Below are positions 22,323 through 32,466 of a stretch of DNA of 64,000 bases, piece by piece. Within the stretch, counting starts at the first letter, position 1; each line of letters begins with the position of its first letter. The stretch spans positions 96,001 through 160,000 of the forward strand of contig CAWJZV010000027.1 in assembly GCA_963847445.1 (NCBI GenBank), given 5' to 3'. The notes below the pieces were generated by a model. It was not told where the DNA came from and did no database searches. It saw only the letters and a program-made list of their open reading frames with translations. A program made the position numbers and the translations under genes. Source of the DNA: an uncultured delta proteobacterium (lineage in GTDB: Bacteria > Desulfobacterota > Binatia > UBA9968).

Positions 22323-23630
22323 TCAAAGCTTGATTCGCGCATAACTGCGCCCGGCGATTGGCCGTGAAATTTGCCCAAGCTTTCGCAGTAACAGGAAGAA
22401 CAGCCCGGTCAAAATTATTTCCAACAGCAGCGGGATCAATTTGATGTTGGCGAATGCCAACATTGGCGCGAGAAACCCGCTGACGCAAAGCCAGCCAAGC
22501 ATGGCGAGCCAGCGCAGCTCTTTGCGGCCAGCCCAGGGCCCGGACTTGGTCAGGAGCAGTGCGCCTGCGGGCAGGAGCACGCAGAGATCGTAATAGAGCA
22601 AGTGGGGCAGAGTAATCGCCGACAAGCAAATGCCGATGGTCAGGGCGATGGCCAGGCCGGGTAAACTATCCAGTTGTGCTTTGGCAAGTTTAATCGCGTG
22701 GCCAAATCCAATGACCCAGAGCATGGCGGCGCCAAAATAGAGCGGCCATTTCAACGCCGCCCGTTGCGCCACCGGGAATAAAATCATCAAGTTGGCTGGT
22801 AAGCCGGTGATGAGATGGCTCGGAATACCTTGCTGGCCGCTCGAATACATGGCGTCGCTAACCTGGTGGCTCAACAGCCATTGTTGGGTCAGGTCCGGGC
22901 CGAATGCCAACAAGGTAACGACCAAAAGCCCGATGACCCCGGAGCTCATGCCGATGAACGTCCAATAGCGCCCGCTTACTAGCAGTACCAGCGAGACGAA
23001 CGCCGCGGCGAGAAAGTATTGCGGCTTGAGCAGCAGGATCGACCAAATCACACCCGCGAGCAGCGGCCGATTTTTCACCAACAGGCTGAAACCCAGGCAC
23101 AGTGGTAGCAAGCCAAACGTCAGCCCCAATTGACCGGCCCATAGGGTGAGAAAGATCGGCAGGAATAGGAAGGCCAAAAAAAACATTTCACTGGTCTTCG
23201 CCCCTGTGAGCGCTGCGAGTTCGCGGCAGCACCAGAGCAGCGCCAGCGCTGAAATCGCTTGCCACAGCAGCAACGAAAAGTTGGGATTTAACCAGCCGAA
23301 GGGGGCGAAAAAACCGGCGACCAACGGAATGTACATGTAGGCACCGGTGGAGTCTTTGGGCAGCGTGGGCAGATACTCATGGGCGGCTTTGTCGAACCGT
23401 GAGTTGACGAAAGTCTTGGCGCTGGGATCGGGATAAAGTTCGCTCGCCCGCCCCTCGCTCACCAGACGGCCGGCAACATGAAAGGTCATGATGAAGTCCG
23501 ATTCGTGAAACTGTTCGGGCTGAGAGAATAGGTTGTTGTCGATGAGAAAGATGCAGACCGCCAGGGTGAACGCCGTCGCCAGAAAAACGACCGCGCGGTA
23601 TGGTGTCGAGGCGGTGGTCCGGTCTGGCAT
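22323..23630 (-). CDS. Glycosyltransferase family 87 (DUF2029) membrane protein
   Basis: DF near the N-terminus, YMYIP, GQ, LLKPQ, PHLLYYD; multi-TM. Confidence 0.8.
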   Translation of the reverse strand: MPDRTTASTPYRAVVFLATAFTLAVCIFLIDNNLFSQPEQFHESDFIMTFHVAGRLVSEGRASELYPDPSAKTFVNSRFDKAAHEYLPTLPKDSTGAYMYIPLVAGFFAPFGWLNPNFSLLLWQAISALALLWCCRELAALTGAKTSEMFFLAFLFLPIFLTLWAGQLGLTFGLLPLCLGFSLLVKNRPLLAGVIWSILLLKPQYFLAAAFVSLVLLVSGRYWTFIGMSSGVIGLLVVTLLAFGPDLTQQWLLSHQVSDAMYSSGQQGIPSHLITGLPANLMILFPVAQRAALKWPLYFGAAMLWVIGFGHAIKLAKAQLDSLPGLAIALTIGICLSAITLPHLLYYDLCVLLPAGALLLTKSGPWAGRKELRWLAMLGWLCVSGFLAPMLAFANIKLIPLLLEIILTGLFFLLLRKLGQISRPIAGRSYARIKL

Positions 23631-23667
23631 CCTGAGCGTTTAATGATTTCCTGCTGAAAGCTCAGGT

Positions 23668-24414
23668 TCAGTTTTCGCCCATGCCGAGGCGGCCAATGAA
23701 AGGCAGTTTGAGGGCTGGCTTATAGAAATCGATGCCGAAGGTGAATCCGAGAAGATTCAGTTCAAATCCTTCTTCGCGGGCCATGGTCACGCCGAGGACG
23801 CCGAGCATGGAAAGCTGGTAGCCTGTGCCGCTCGGGGCGCGATCGATCATCGAGCCGTTGATCGGGTAGTCTTTGCCGATGGCGGTGGCGGGCAGATCCA
23901 TGCGCAGTTCAGGCACCGCGCGGCCGATGAAAGCGACGAAGGTATTGCTATTGGGTCCGGGCCAAAGTGTGTATTCGTTGGCATAAGGATAGTTGGCGAC
24001 TGCCTCGGTGATCTTCGGTATCGCTTTGGCGGCGGCGTCGCCGCGCAGATCGGCGATCAACGTCGGAGCGTTACCGAACCAACGGGCGTCCGGGATGCCC
24101 GGCGCTGAGAACGCCGCGGGTAGATCGCGATAAATCCGCCAGCCGATGACTTGATGCACGGTATACTCTGTGGCGTTTGCCGGTTTGGTGGCGATCCAGG
24201 TGTGGACGCCGAAAATACCGCGCCAATTGAGCGCGCGGGCGAAATAGACTTGCACCACCGCTTCCGGGGTCGACTCAGCGCGCGGCGCGATGCCAGCGCT
24301 GGAGCGGTCCGCGGTGCGAAAGTCACGTCCCTGCGGCGCTTGACCGGAGAGCACGGTATATAGCGGCAGGGCGACAAAGATCAGCAAGCAGATGATCAGC
24401 ATATGCGGTCGCAT
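23668..24414 (-). CDS. DUF3750 domain protein
   Basis: WRGIFGVHTWI, VIGW, WFGNAP, YTLWPGPNSNTF, AIGKDY. Confidence 0.85.
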   Translation of the reverse strand: MRPHMLIICLLIFVALPLYTVLSGQAPQGRDFRTADRSSAGIAPRAESTPEAVVQVYFARALNWRGIFGVHTWIATKPANATEYTVHQVIGWRIYRDLPAAFSAPGIPDARWFGNAPTLIADLRGDAAAKAIPKITEAVANYPYANEYTLWPGPNSNTFVAFIGRAVPELRMDLPATAIGKDYPINGSMIDRAPSGTGYQLSMLGVLGVTMAREEGFELNLLGFTFGIDFYKPALKLPFIGRLGMGEN

Positions 24415-24615
24415 GGTTCTTGAACTTGGCGCGAAGTATAACGGATAGAAGCTGTGAACACCATAACCGTTATTTCGTCGCAGGGTGCCGGTGCGATTGA
24501 TATTTCCGTTGGCCGGAAATAACGAGATTCCGGCCGGCAATCTTCACTTCGACCAGCAATTCGGTTGAATGTCGCAGCGGTTCGGGCGATGATACCGGCA
24601 ACTGACTGAAAAGCG

Positions 24616-25098
24616 ATGGCAAAACAGTTTCGTATCGGTCATGGTTTCGACGTGCACCGCTTTCGCCATGGCCGGAAATTGATCCTTGGCGGCGTTGAGA
24701 TTCCGTCGCCGGTCGGTTTACTCGGCCATTCCGACGCCGATGTGGTTTTGCACGCGCTGATCAATGCTTTGTTGGGCGCCATGGGCGAAGGGGATATTGG
24801 CAGCCATTTCCCCGATACCGATCGCCGTTACAAGGGGATTGCCAGCGCCAAGCTACTTGCCGAGGTGCTGGCGATCATGCGGCGCAAGCGTTTTAAGATC
24901 GTCAATGTCGATGTGACTTTGGTGGCGCAGCGGCCCAAGTTGTCGCCGCACTATCCCGCCATGCGCAAGAGCGTTGCCGGCCTGCTCAAACTCGCCATAA
25001 GCGAGGTTAGCATCAAGGCCGCCACCACCGAGAAGCTCGGTTGGCTTGGCAAAGGGCAGGGAATGGCGGGTACTGCGGTGATTTTGCTCGGTCGTTAG
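24616..25098 (+). CDS. ispF: 2-C-methyl-D-erythritol 2,4-cyclodiphosphate synthase
   Basis: RIGHGFDVH, GHSDADV..HA, GDIGSHFPD, SIKAATTEKLG. Confidence 0.97.
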   Translation: MAKQFRIGHGFDVHRFRHGRKLILGGVEIPSPVGLLGHSDADVVLHALINALLGAMGEGDIGSHFPDTDRRYKGIASAKLLAEVLAIMRRKRFKIVNVDVTLVAQRPKLSPHYPAMRKSVAGLLKLAISEVSIKAATTEKLGWLGKGQGMAGTAVILLGR

Positions 25099-25165
25099 CG
25101 CTTTAAGAGGGGCCAAATTGTTGACAAAGAATATTTTCTATAATAATCAACAATCCTAATCTCAG

Positions 25166-25516
25166 GTGACATCCGATACTCCCAATCTTGCGCCGGAAGC
25201 GCGCGAACAAGAGATCGAAAGGTTGGCTCAAGAGCTTGGCCGTCTGATTCAGGGCGCCGACCCTGAGCGGCGCCATGATCTCAAGGAGTTGGCCATCGCG
25301 CTGATGCGCGAGGAGTTCATCCACAAGGTTGAACCGGCGCCGGGTGCGGGGGCGACACCGGCGCCTTTCAATCCACTGGGAACCGGAGTCCTGTTGTTCT
25401 TTTTGGGTGGCGGTTTGTCGTTCATATTCGGCCCGGTCGGCCTGCTGCTGATGCTAGGCGGCGTAATTTTTGTAGTTTGGGGAGCGTTGATCAGCTGGCT
25501 TAAGAAAGCGAAATAG
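25166..25516 (+). CDS. Hypothetical membrane protein at the head of the Rieske/cyt b operon
   Basis: 116 aa, helical N-terminus plus two C-terminal TM segments; 2 bp from the Rieske gene. Confidence 0.65.
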   Translation: MTSDTPNLAPEAREQEIERLAQELGRLIQGADPERRHDLKELAIALMREEFIHKVEPAPGAGATPAPFNPLGTGVLLFFLGGGLSFIFGPVGLLLMLGGVIFVVWGALISWLKKAK

Positions 25517-25518
25517 TT

Positions 25519-26037
25519 ATGGCAGATGCGGAAAAGAAAAAGGGCGGCATTTGGTCACGGCGGGATTTTTTCACGCGTTTGGGCTGGGGCGGATTTGGCG
25601 TATTTGGCGGGTTGAGCCTGCTCGGTTTTCTCCGCTCGGCGTTTCCCCGGGTGCTGTTTCAACCGCCGGCAACTTTTAAAGCCGGGTTTCCTTCGGACTA
25701 CGCCGTCGGCGAAGTCAGTGAGAAGTATAAGCAAGACCAGCGGGTTTGGATCGTCCGCGAAGAGACCGGCGTTTATGCGATTTTTGCCAAGTGCACGCAT
25801 CTCGGCTGCACGCCGCGCTGGCTCGCCGCGGAGAGTAAATTCAAATGTCCCTGTCATGGCAGCGGCTTTTATAAGTCCGGGTTGAATTTCGAAGGGCCGG
25901 CGCCACGGCCGCTCGACCGCTTTAAGCTTACTGTCGGCGACGATGGCCAGCTGGTAGTCGACAAGAACAAGATTTTTAGGGGTACGGCCGGGGCCGATCC
26001 AGACGAGCAGTATCCCGATAGTATTCTCAAAGCCTAG
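25519..26037 (+). CDS. qcrA: Rieske iron-sulfur subunit of a Rieske/cytochrome b complex
   Basis: Tat motif SRRDFF; CTHLGC and CPCHGS; GPAPRPL. Confidence 0.95.
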   Translation: MADAEKKKGGIWSRRDFFTRLGWGGFGVFGGLSLLGFLRSAFPRVLFQPPATFKAGFPSDYAVGEVSEKYKQDQRVWIVREETGVYAIFAKCTHLGCTPRWLAAESKFKCPCHGSGFYKSGLNFEGPAPRPLDRFKLTVGDDGQLVVDKNKIFRGTAGADPDEQYPDSILKA

Positions 26038-26048
26038 CGGAAAAAATC

Positions 26049-26819
26049 ATGAGTCCATTAGAAAAGATCAAAAACGATATCGTTGAAAGCCAAGTTTGGA
26101 AGGCGATCTTCCGTCACGGTTATGACGATACGCCGCGTAACCGGGTGATGATGGTGACCTCCAACGTGTTCCTCCATCTGCATCCCGCCAAGGTGCGGCG
26201 CCATGCCGTGCGCATGCGCTTTACCTGGTGCATGGGCGGTCTCACTTTCTTGATGTTTCTCATCACCGCCATAACCGGCATCTATCTGATGTTTTACTAC
26301 CGTCCGGTGGCGGAGTACGCCTACGCCGACATGAAGTATCTCGAGTTCGATATGCCCTTCGGCATGCTCATGCGCAACATGCACCGGTGGGCGGCCCACG
26401 CCATGATCGTATTCGTCTGGCTGCATATGTTCCGCGTTTTTCTCACCGGTTCCTACAAACCGCCGCGCGAGTTTAACTGGATCGTCGGCGTGCTGCTGCT
26501 CGTGCTGACGCTGCTGTTAAGTTTCACCGGCTACTTGCTGCCCTGGGACCAGCTGTCGATCTGGGCGGTTACCGTCGGTTCCAACATGGCCCGGGCGACG
26601 CCGCTGTTCGGCTATGAAGGTCCCTTCGCCGAGTTTGTCGGCGCCAATCCGATTTACGATGCCCGCGCCTTTCTCTTCGGCGGCGGCGAGATCGGTCCGC
26701 ATACGCTTTTACGCTTCTACATCCTTCATTGCATTTTTATCCCGCTGGTCGCCAGCATCCTGATGGCTGTGCATTTCTGGCGCATCCGCCGCGACGGTTT
26801 TTCCGGTCCATCTTTATAG
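26049..26819 (+). CDS. qcrB: Cytochrome b, N-terminal (b6-type, split) subunit
   Basis: WCMGG (heme ci-type Cys), RNMHRWAAH, WLHMFRVF, SFTGYLLPWDQ, RFYILH. Confidence 0.95.
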   Translation: MSPLEKIKNDIVESQVWKAIFRHGYDDTPRNRVMMVTSNVFLHLHPAKVRRHAVRMRFTWCMGGLTFLMFLITAITGIYLMFYYRPVAEYAYADMKYLEFDMPFGMLMRNMHRWAAHAMIVFVWLHMFRVFLTGSYKPPREFNWIVGVLLLVLTLLLSFTGYLLPWDQLSIWAVTVGSNMARATPLFGYEGPFAEFVGANPIYDARAFLFGGGEIGPHTLLRFYILHCIFIPLVASILMAVHFWRIRRDGFSGPSL

Positions 26820-26843
26820 GCAACGCGAAAACGAGGCTGATCT

Positions 26844-27611
26844 ATGGCAGAGGCCGCACAAGAGCGAAAACTTCCGGTCGACGACAAGATTCATACCTGG
26901 CCCCATCTGGTGCGGATGGAGTTTCTGGTGATGCTGTTCGTGATGATCGGTCTGACGATTTGGTCGCTGACCATCGACGCGCCGCTCGAGGAACCGGCCA
27001 ATCCGACCAAGACGCCCAACCCGTCGAAGGCGCCTTGGTACTTTTTGGGCTTGCAGGAGATGCTGGTTTACTTCGATCCCTGGCATGCCGGCGTGGTGCT
27101 GCCGACCTTGATCATTGTCGGTTTGATGGTGATCCCATTCATCGATACCAACCCGAGAGGCAACGGCTACTACTGCTTCAAAGACCGCAAGTGGGAGATC
27201 CTCACCTTCATATTCGGTTTTCACGTTCTCTGGGTCGTGACGATCATCATCGGCACCTTTTTCCGCGGTCCGGGTTGGAATCTTTTCTGGCCATGGCAGC
27301 ACTGGGATGCTCATAAAGTGGTCGCCTTGACCAATGTCGATTTGCCCTATTTGCTTGGATTTCGCGATTATTGGCTATCGGCGCTGTTTGGCTTGGTCGC
27401 GATCGGTGCCTATTTTGTCGGCGGCATGTTGCTGTTCTACCTGTTTGTGATCAAGGTCAAAGGCAAAGAGTTTCTTGAGCGCTGGGGCATGGTGCGCTTC
27501 ACCATCACCGGCGTGATTCTTGTCCTCATGATGTCGCTGCCGGCGAAAATGTTTTTGCGCCTCGCGTTTAACGTCAAATACGTCTTGGTTACGCCGTGGA
27601 TTAATATCTAG
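26844..27611 (+). CDS. Cytochrome b subunit IV-like protein with extra TM helices
   Basis: TWPHL, PANPTKTPNPSKAPWYFLGLQEML (PEWY-equivalent), GTFFRGPGWN. Confidence 0.85.
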   Translation: MAEAAQERKLPVDDKIHTWPHLVRMEFLVMLFVMIGLTIWSLTIDAPLEEPANPTKTPNPSKAPWYFLGLQEMLVYFDPWHAGVVLPTLIIVGLMVIPFIDTNPRGNGYYCFKDRKWEILTFIFGFHVLWVVTIIIGTFFRGPGWNLFWPWQHWDAHKVVALTNVDLPYLLGFRDYWLSALFGLVAIGAYFVGGMLLFYLFVIKVKGKEFLERWGMVRFTITGVILVLMMSLPAKMFLRLAFNVKYVLVTPWINI

Positions 27612-27614
27612 CGT

Positions 27615-27782
27615 ATGTTTTACGTGGCGAAAATTCTCCAGGCTTTGGGGCTTGCGGATATCGGATATGCTTTGTTCGTCGGCATCATGAGAAATTCTTC
27701 CATGGCGGAAGAAATTGTTTTGACGCTCATCGGTCTCGGAGTGTTTTCATTGGGCCGCGCGCTGGAGCGCAAGGTGGCGTAA
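27615..27782 (+). CDS. 55-aa two-TM protein (not in the ORF track)
   Basis: MFYVAKILQALGLADIGYALFVGIMRNSSMAEEIVLTLIGLGVFSLGRALERKVA; fills the gap between subunit IV and the cytochrome c. Confidence 0.75.
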   Translation: MFYVAKILQALGLADIGYALFVGIMRNSSMAEEIVLTLIGLGVFSLGRALERKVA

Positions 27783-27792
27783 GGGAGTCGGG

Positions 27793-30490
27793 ATGGCGGA
27801 ACGAGGAGTCGACCCAAAAGAAGAGAAGAAGTCTTACGGCAGCGCTTTCGTCCTCGGCGCGGGCATACTGGCGGCGTTGTCTCTCTGGGCTTACTTGGAT
27901 GACAACATCACGCGGCGCCCTTGGAAAGGCGTCCAGGCGAAATTCTACCGGCTCGATTACAACAAAGCCCAGGCCGCTTACGATGAAGAAGACAAGAAGC
28001 TTCAGGCGGACGAGAAATACAAAGAACTGACGCAAAAGCTTGCGGCGTTTCAGGCTGATTTAGCGAGCGGCGAGACCGGCAAGAAGCTCAAGGCGCTCGA
28101 ACGGGAAGAGGCCCGAGTCACGGTCAAGTTTCAGGAGACCGATCAAAAGGTTAAGGACGTCAAGAGCGAGCTCGAAGAGGCCTGGTACGAGCATGATCAC
28201 GCGGTGCAGCAAAAGCGCAACCCGCAACCTTATCTCGATGTCATTGCGGAGCTCGACAAGAAAAGGGCGGTTTTGGAGAAGGAGCTTGAGCCGGTACGCG
28301 CTAGGCGGAACCAGTTAAAGGACGAGATTAAAAAGATCCAGTCCGGCGCCAAGGAAATCGAGAATGAACTTGGCAAAATGACCGGCGAGCGGGACAAATG
28401 GATCCGGGTAAAGGAAAACGTGACCTTTAAGCTCGGTCCCATGACCTTCTTCAAAATTCCCAAGATCCAACAAGTTTCTCTCGATGAGTTCGACCGCAAC
28501 CGTTTCGACCAACCGGTAGCTCGGGTCGATCGTTGCCAGACCTGTCATCTGGCGATCAATCGAGCTGGCTTCGAGAAAGAGGCGAATCCCTTCAAGACCC
28601 ACCCGCGGCGCGAAGTGTTGCTCGCCGATAGCGCCCATTCACCGGACCGCATCGGTTGCACCGGCTGTCATGAAGGCCAGGGGATGGCCGTCAATAGTGT
28701 CAAACAGGCCCATGGTGACGTGCATCTGTGGGAGTTTCCGTTGTTGCGCGGCAGCAAGGTGCAGTCGAGCTGTACCTCTTGCCATCAAGACGTCCAAAAA
28801 TTCGCTGAGGATGCGCCGCTACTGGCCGAAGGCCAAAGGCTGTTCGAGCAGGTCGGTTGCACAGGTTGCCATTTGATCAAAGGCTACGAAAATATTCCCA
28901 AGATCGCACCAAGCTTGAAAAAGATCAGCGCCAAAGTCGATCCCGGCTGGCTGGTGCGCTGGATCGAGAACCCGCATAAGTTCCGGCCGCGCACGCGCAT
29001 GCCGAACTTCGATCTGAAACAGGAAGATGCAGTGGCGGTTGCCGCTTATCTCTGGTCGCAGTCGAAGGAAGAGGGCGACAAGTGGACCCAGGAACATCCG
29101 GCGCCGGCGGGATTCCGCGAGGGCGACCCCAACGGCATAGCCCAGGGGAAAAAACTTGTCGAAACTATTGGCTGCAAAGGTTGCCATGGGTTTGCTGATG
29201 GGGAGTTTTCCACACCGCTGGGCAAATCTAAGGATATCATTCCCAATCTCAAGGATATCGCGGCCAAGGGCGTCGGTCCGCAGTGGATCTACCATTGGAT
29301 TAAAGACCCGCGCGGCTTTTCTCCCGACACGCGCATGCCGAGTTTGCGTCTAACCGACGACGAGGCTTTGGCGATTACCAATTATTTAATGAGCTTGGGC
29401 GGCAGACCGGATCCGGTTGCCGGCATTCAGGAAAAGCTTGCCGATGCCAAGAACATCAAGCGCGGTGAAACTTTGGTCCGCAGGTGGGGCTGCTTCGGCT
29501 GCCATGACATCAAGGGGATGGAGAAGGAGTCTCGCGTCGGTGCCGAATTAACCACCTTTGGATCAAAAACGGTTGAAGAGCTGTTCTTCGGAAATCGCAC
29601 CGATGTAAAGCATACCTGGGACGACTGGACGTACTATAAGCTCAAAACCCCGCGAGGTTACGCTACCGAGCGGATTGAGCAGCTGATGCCGCAATTCAAT
29701 TTCGACGACGACGACATCAAAGCCTTACGGACCGTTGTTGGGCGGCTTCCGCGAGCGTAAAGTCGGCCATCGTTACCTGGCCGATCAAGGGTTGCGCGTC
29801 CAACAGGTGGTCGAAGGGCGGCGCTTGATGCAGCAGTATAACTGCGTCGGTTGCCACGAGATCGAAAATCGCGGCGGTTTCGTGCGCAAGTACTATCAAG
29901 AGAATGTGACGCTGGCGCCGCCGCCATTGAACGGCGAGGGTGAGAAGGTGCAATCGCCGTGGTTCTACAGCTTTTTGAAATCGCCTACTATCTTGCGGCC
30001 TTGGTTAGACATTAGAATGCCGACCTTCGGCTTCTCCGATGACCATACCACGCAACTGGTGAACTACTTCAACGGCCTGTCGAAGGTCGAGCAGCCGTTT
30101 CATTACATCGATGATCGCAACATCCCGGCAGAGCATATAGAAGCCGCGAAAACTCTGACTTCCGCCGATTATTTCAACTGCTTTAGTTGCCATGTCCAGG
30201 GCGCTAAAAATCCTGAGGGGCCGAAAGACGGTTGGGCTCCTGATTTAGCTATGGCGCGGCAGCGGTTGAATCCCAACTGGATCATCAAGTGGCTCAAAGA
30301 TCCGCAGAAAGTTCAGCCCGGGACAAAAATGCCGTCGTTCTATCCGGGCGGCCCGGATAACATCCTCGGCGGCAAAGAAGACTTGCAGATCGAGGCGTTG
30401 CGCGATTACCTGATGTCGATCGGGCGCGGCGGGGCGCCCGCGGCTGCCGCTGCGGCGCCGCAGGTGGCTAAAACAAAACCGGTAAAATAG
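27793..30490 (+). CDS. Membrane-anchored octaheme cytochrome c with a coiled-coil segment (frameshift near 29735)
   Basis: CQTCH, CTGCH, CTSCH, CTGCH, CKGCH, CFGCH, CVGCH, CFSCH; repeated W..DP....P.TRMP class I domains; N-terminal TM. Confidence 0.9.
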
Positions 30491-30560
30491 CGATTAATAG
30501 ATGAATATCGTAGTAGCCTGGTCGTCCAACCGATGACCAGTTAGGTCGAAGGAGGAAATT

Positions 30561-31275
30561 ATGAGTAAATTTGGTTTTTTAATGTTGACTACCGCTTTGG
30601 TGACGGCGCCGGTGAGCGTAATGGCGCAGTATAAAGGTGGAGACGTGAAAGACGGCGGATCAATTTCCGGCACCGTCAAATTCAAAGGTACGGCGCCAGC
30701 ACCGAAAAAGCTCGACGTCGGCAAAGATAAAGAAGTTTGCGACAAATCGCCAAAGATGGATCCAGTCTTTGATCGTGAAAGACGGCAACCTGGCCAATGC
30801 GGTGGTAACGATCACGGATATCAAGAGCGGCAAGAAGATCGATGCCAAAAAAGTGACTCTCGACCAAAACGGTTGCGAGTATAAACCGCATGTACTAGCT
30901 TTTCCGGCTGGGTCAACTGTGGAAATCCTCAATCCTGACGGTATCCTTCATAACGTTCATTCCTATAGCAAGGTTAACACCCCGTTCAATCAGGCCCAGC
31001 CCAAGTTTAAAAAGACCTTGGAAGTGAAGGTTGAGAAACCGGAAGCGGTGGAAGTGAAGTGCGATGTCCATGGCTGGATGCATGGCTGGCTCGTGGCCAC
31101 CGCCAACCCCTATTTTGCGGTTACCGACGGATCGGGCAGCTTCAAGCTGACCGATGTGCCCGCCGGTAGTTACACCGTCGAGGTGTGGCATGAAAAGCTC
31201 GGCAAGAGCACCCAGAAGGTTGCGGTCAAGGCGAAGGAAGACGCGAAGGTAAGCTTCGAAGTCGCCGGCAAGTAA
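30561..31275 (+). CDS. Exported cupredoxin-like / carboxypeptidase-regulatory-like domain protein (frameshift near 30765)
   Basis: Signal peptide, DQNGCEYKPH, ILHNVH, KCDVHGWM, NPYFAVTD..G.F; SD AAGGAGG. Confidence 0.8.
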
Positions 31276-31295
31276 ACTTTTTCGAATCAGTCGAT

Positions 31296-31331
31296 AAAAA
31301 GCGCGGCATCTTCTGGGTGCCGCGCTTTTTT
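31296..31331. terminator. Bidirectional intrinsic terminator
   Basis: AAAAAGCGCGGCATC-TTCT-GGGTGCCGCGCTTTTTT between convergent genes. Confidence 0.9.
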
Positions 31332-31345
31332 CATTTTTAAGCCGC

Positions 31346-32035
31346 CTATCTGCTCTCGCGCTCCACCTTGTTCTTAAAGAAATTCCAGGCCCGCTCCATG
31401 TCGACCGGCGGCAACGCTTCGATCTGCCGTTGTTTCGCCTCGTCGATGGTCAATGGGATAGGCGTACCGATTTGTAACGCGCCATGAAGCACCTCCGCCG
31501 TCTCTTCCAGATAGATCGCCATCATTACCGCTTCCGGAATCGTTCTGCCAACCGTCACCTGGCCGTTGCCACGTAGTAGAATAGCCGGACGATCACCCAA
31601 GGTTGCGCTGACATCGCTGCCCAGCTGCTCCGTTGAGATCAGGTCGGGGTTGGTAAACACCGGCACGCCGCCGGCGAAGAAACTGCCGTGATTGTGCACC
31701 GGCTCGAGGCGGCGCTCGGTGACTGAAAAGATATTTGCCACGCGCGCGTGGATGCGGGTGATCGCGTTAACCCGCGGCTTGGTTTTCATGATCGCCGTGT
31801 GCAGCCAAGCTTCAAAGGGCGCCGGGTGGCTTCCTTCGACGATCTCCCCGTTCAGGTTCAGGGTCAGCAATTGCTCTTCGCTGACCATAGCGAGGCTGAT
31901 CCGCGGGGTGATCAAGAAGCGGTCGCTGTCGGGGATGCGCGCGCTGACATGACCGAAGCCTTCGACGAGTTTCAGGTGCGAAAGAATCCGGCTGGCGCTG
32001 ATAATGTCTTTTCTCAGCTGATTGACGGTGGTCAT
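31346..32035 (-). CDS. Class II aldolase/adducin family protein
   Basis: EGFGHVSARI, FLITP, EAWLHTAI, ILLRGNG. Confidence 0.9.
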   Translation of the reverse strand: MTTVNQLRKDIISASRILSHLKLVEGFGHVSARIPDSDRFLITPRISLAMVSEEQLLTLNLNGEIVEGSHPAPFEAWLHTAIMKTKPRVNAITRIHARVANIFSVTERRLEPVHNHGSFFAGGVPVFTNPDLISTEQLGSDVSATLGDRPAILLRGNGQVTVGRTIPEAVMMAIYLEETAEVLHGALQIGTPIPLTIDEAKQRQIEALPPVDMERAWNFFKNKVERESR

Positions 32036-32107
32036 GGGACTCCTTTAAAGTCTGAAAATTTTGGGCTATATTACGATGTTCCGATTGCTGGGTTAAGCGA
32101 GTCCAAT

Positions 32108-32377
32108 ATGAAAGTCAAAGTCGAATCTTCTGCTGATTCCAAGGGACAGGAGAGTCCTACCCAGTTCATGCTCGGAGCGCGAACCATCAAGGTCGAAGCC
32201 TGCGTGGATCGCTGGTACGGCGAGCAAGCTTGCTACTTTCGGGTTCTCGGCAGCGACGAGAACTCCTACATTCTCAAGGGACCCCTTGAAGATGGCAGCT
32301 GGGAAATGGTTTCCTTTACCCATAAGGACTCCCGCGGTACCGAGTTGGAATACGAAGGCAAAAGGGAACTTCAGTAA
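32108..32377 (+). CDS. Small hypothetical protein
   Basis: 89 aa MKVKVES..P..F.LG....V....DRWYG....YFRV pattern. Confidence 0.65.
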   Translation: MKVKVESSADSKGQESPTQFMLGARTIKVEACVDRWYGEQACYFRVLGSDENSYILKGPLEDGSWEMVSFTHKDSRGTELEYEGKRELQ

Positions 32378-32466
32378 GTCATAGGCGCCCTTTGCCTCTC
32401 TAGTTTTTTTCTTCAAGTCATCTCTCAACGGCGAGAGAAATACAATTCTGGTTATGAGGAAAGACA

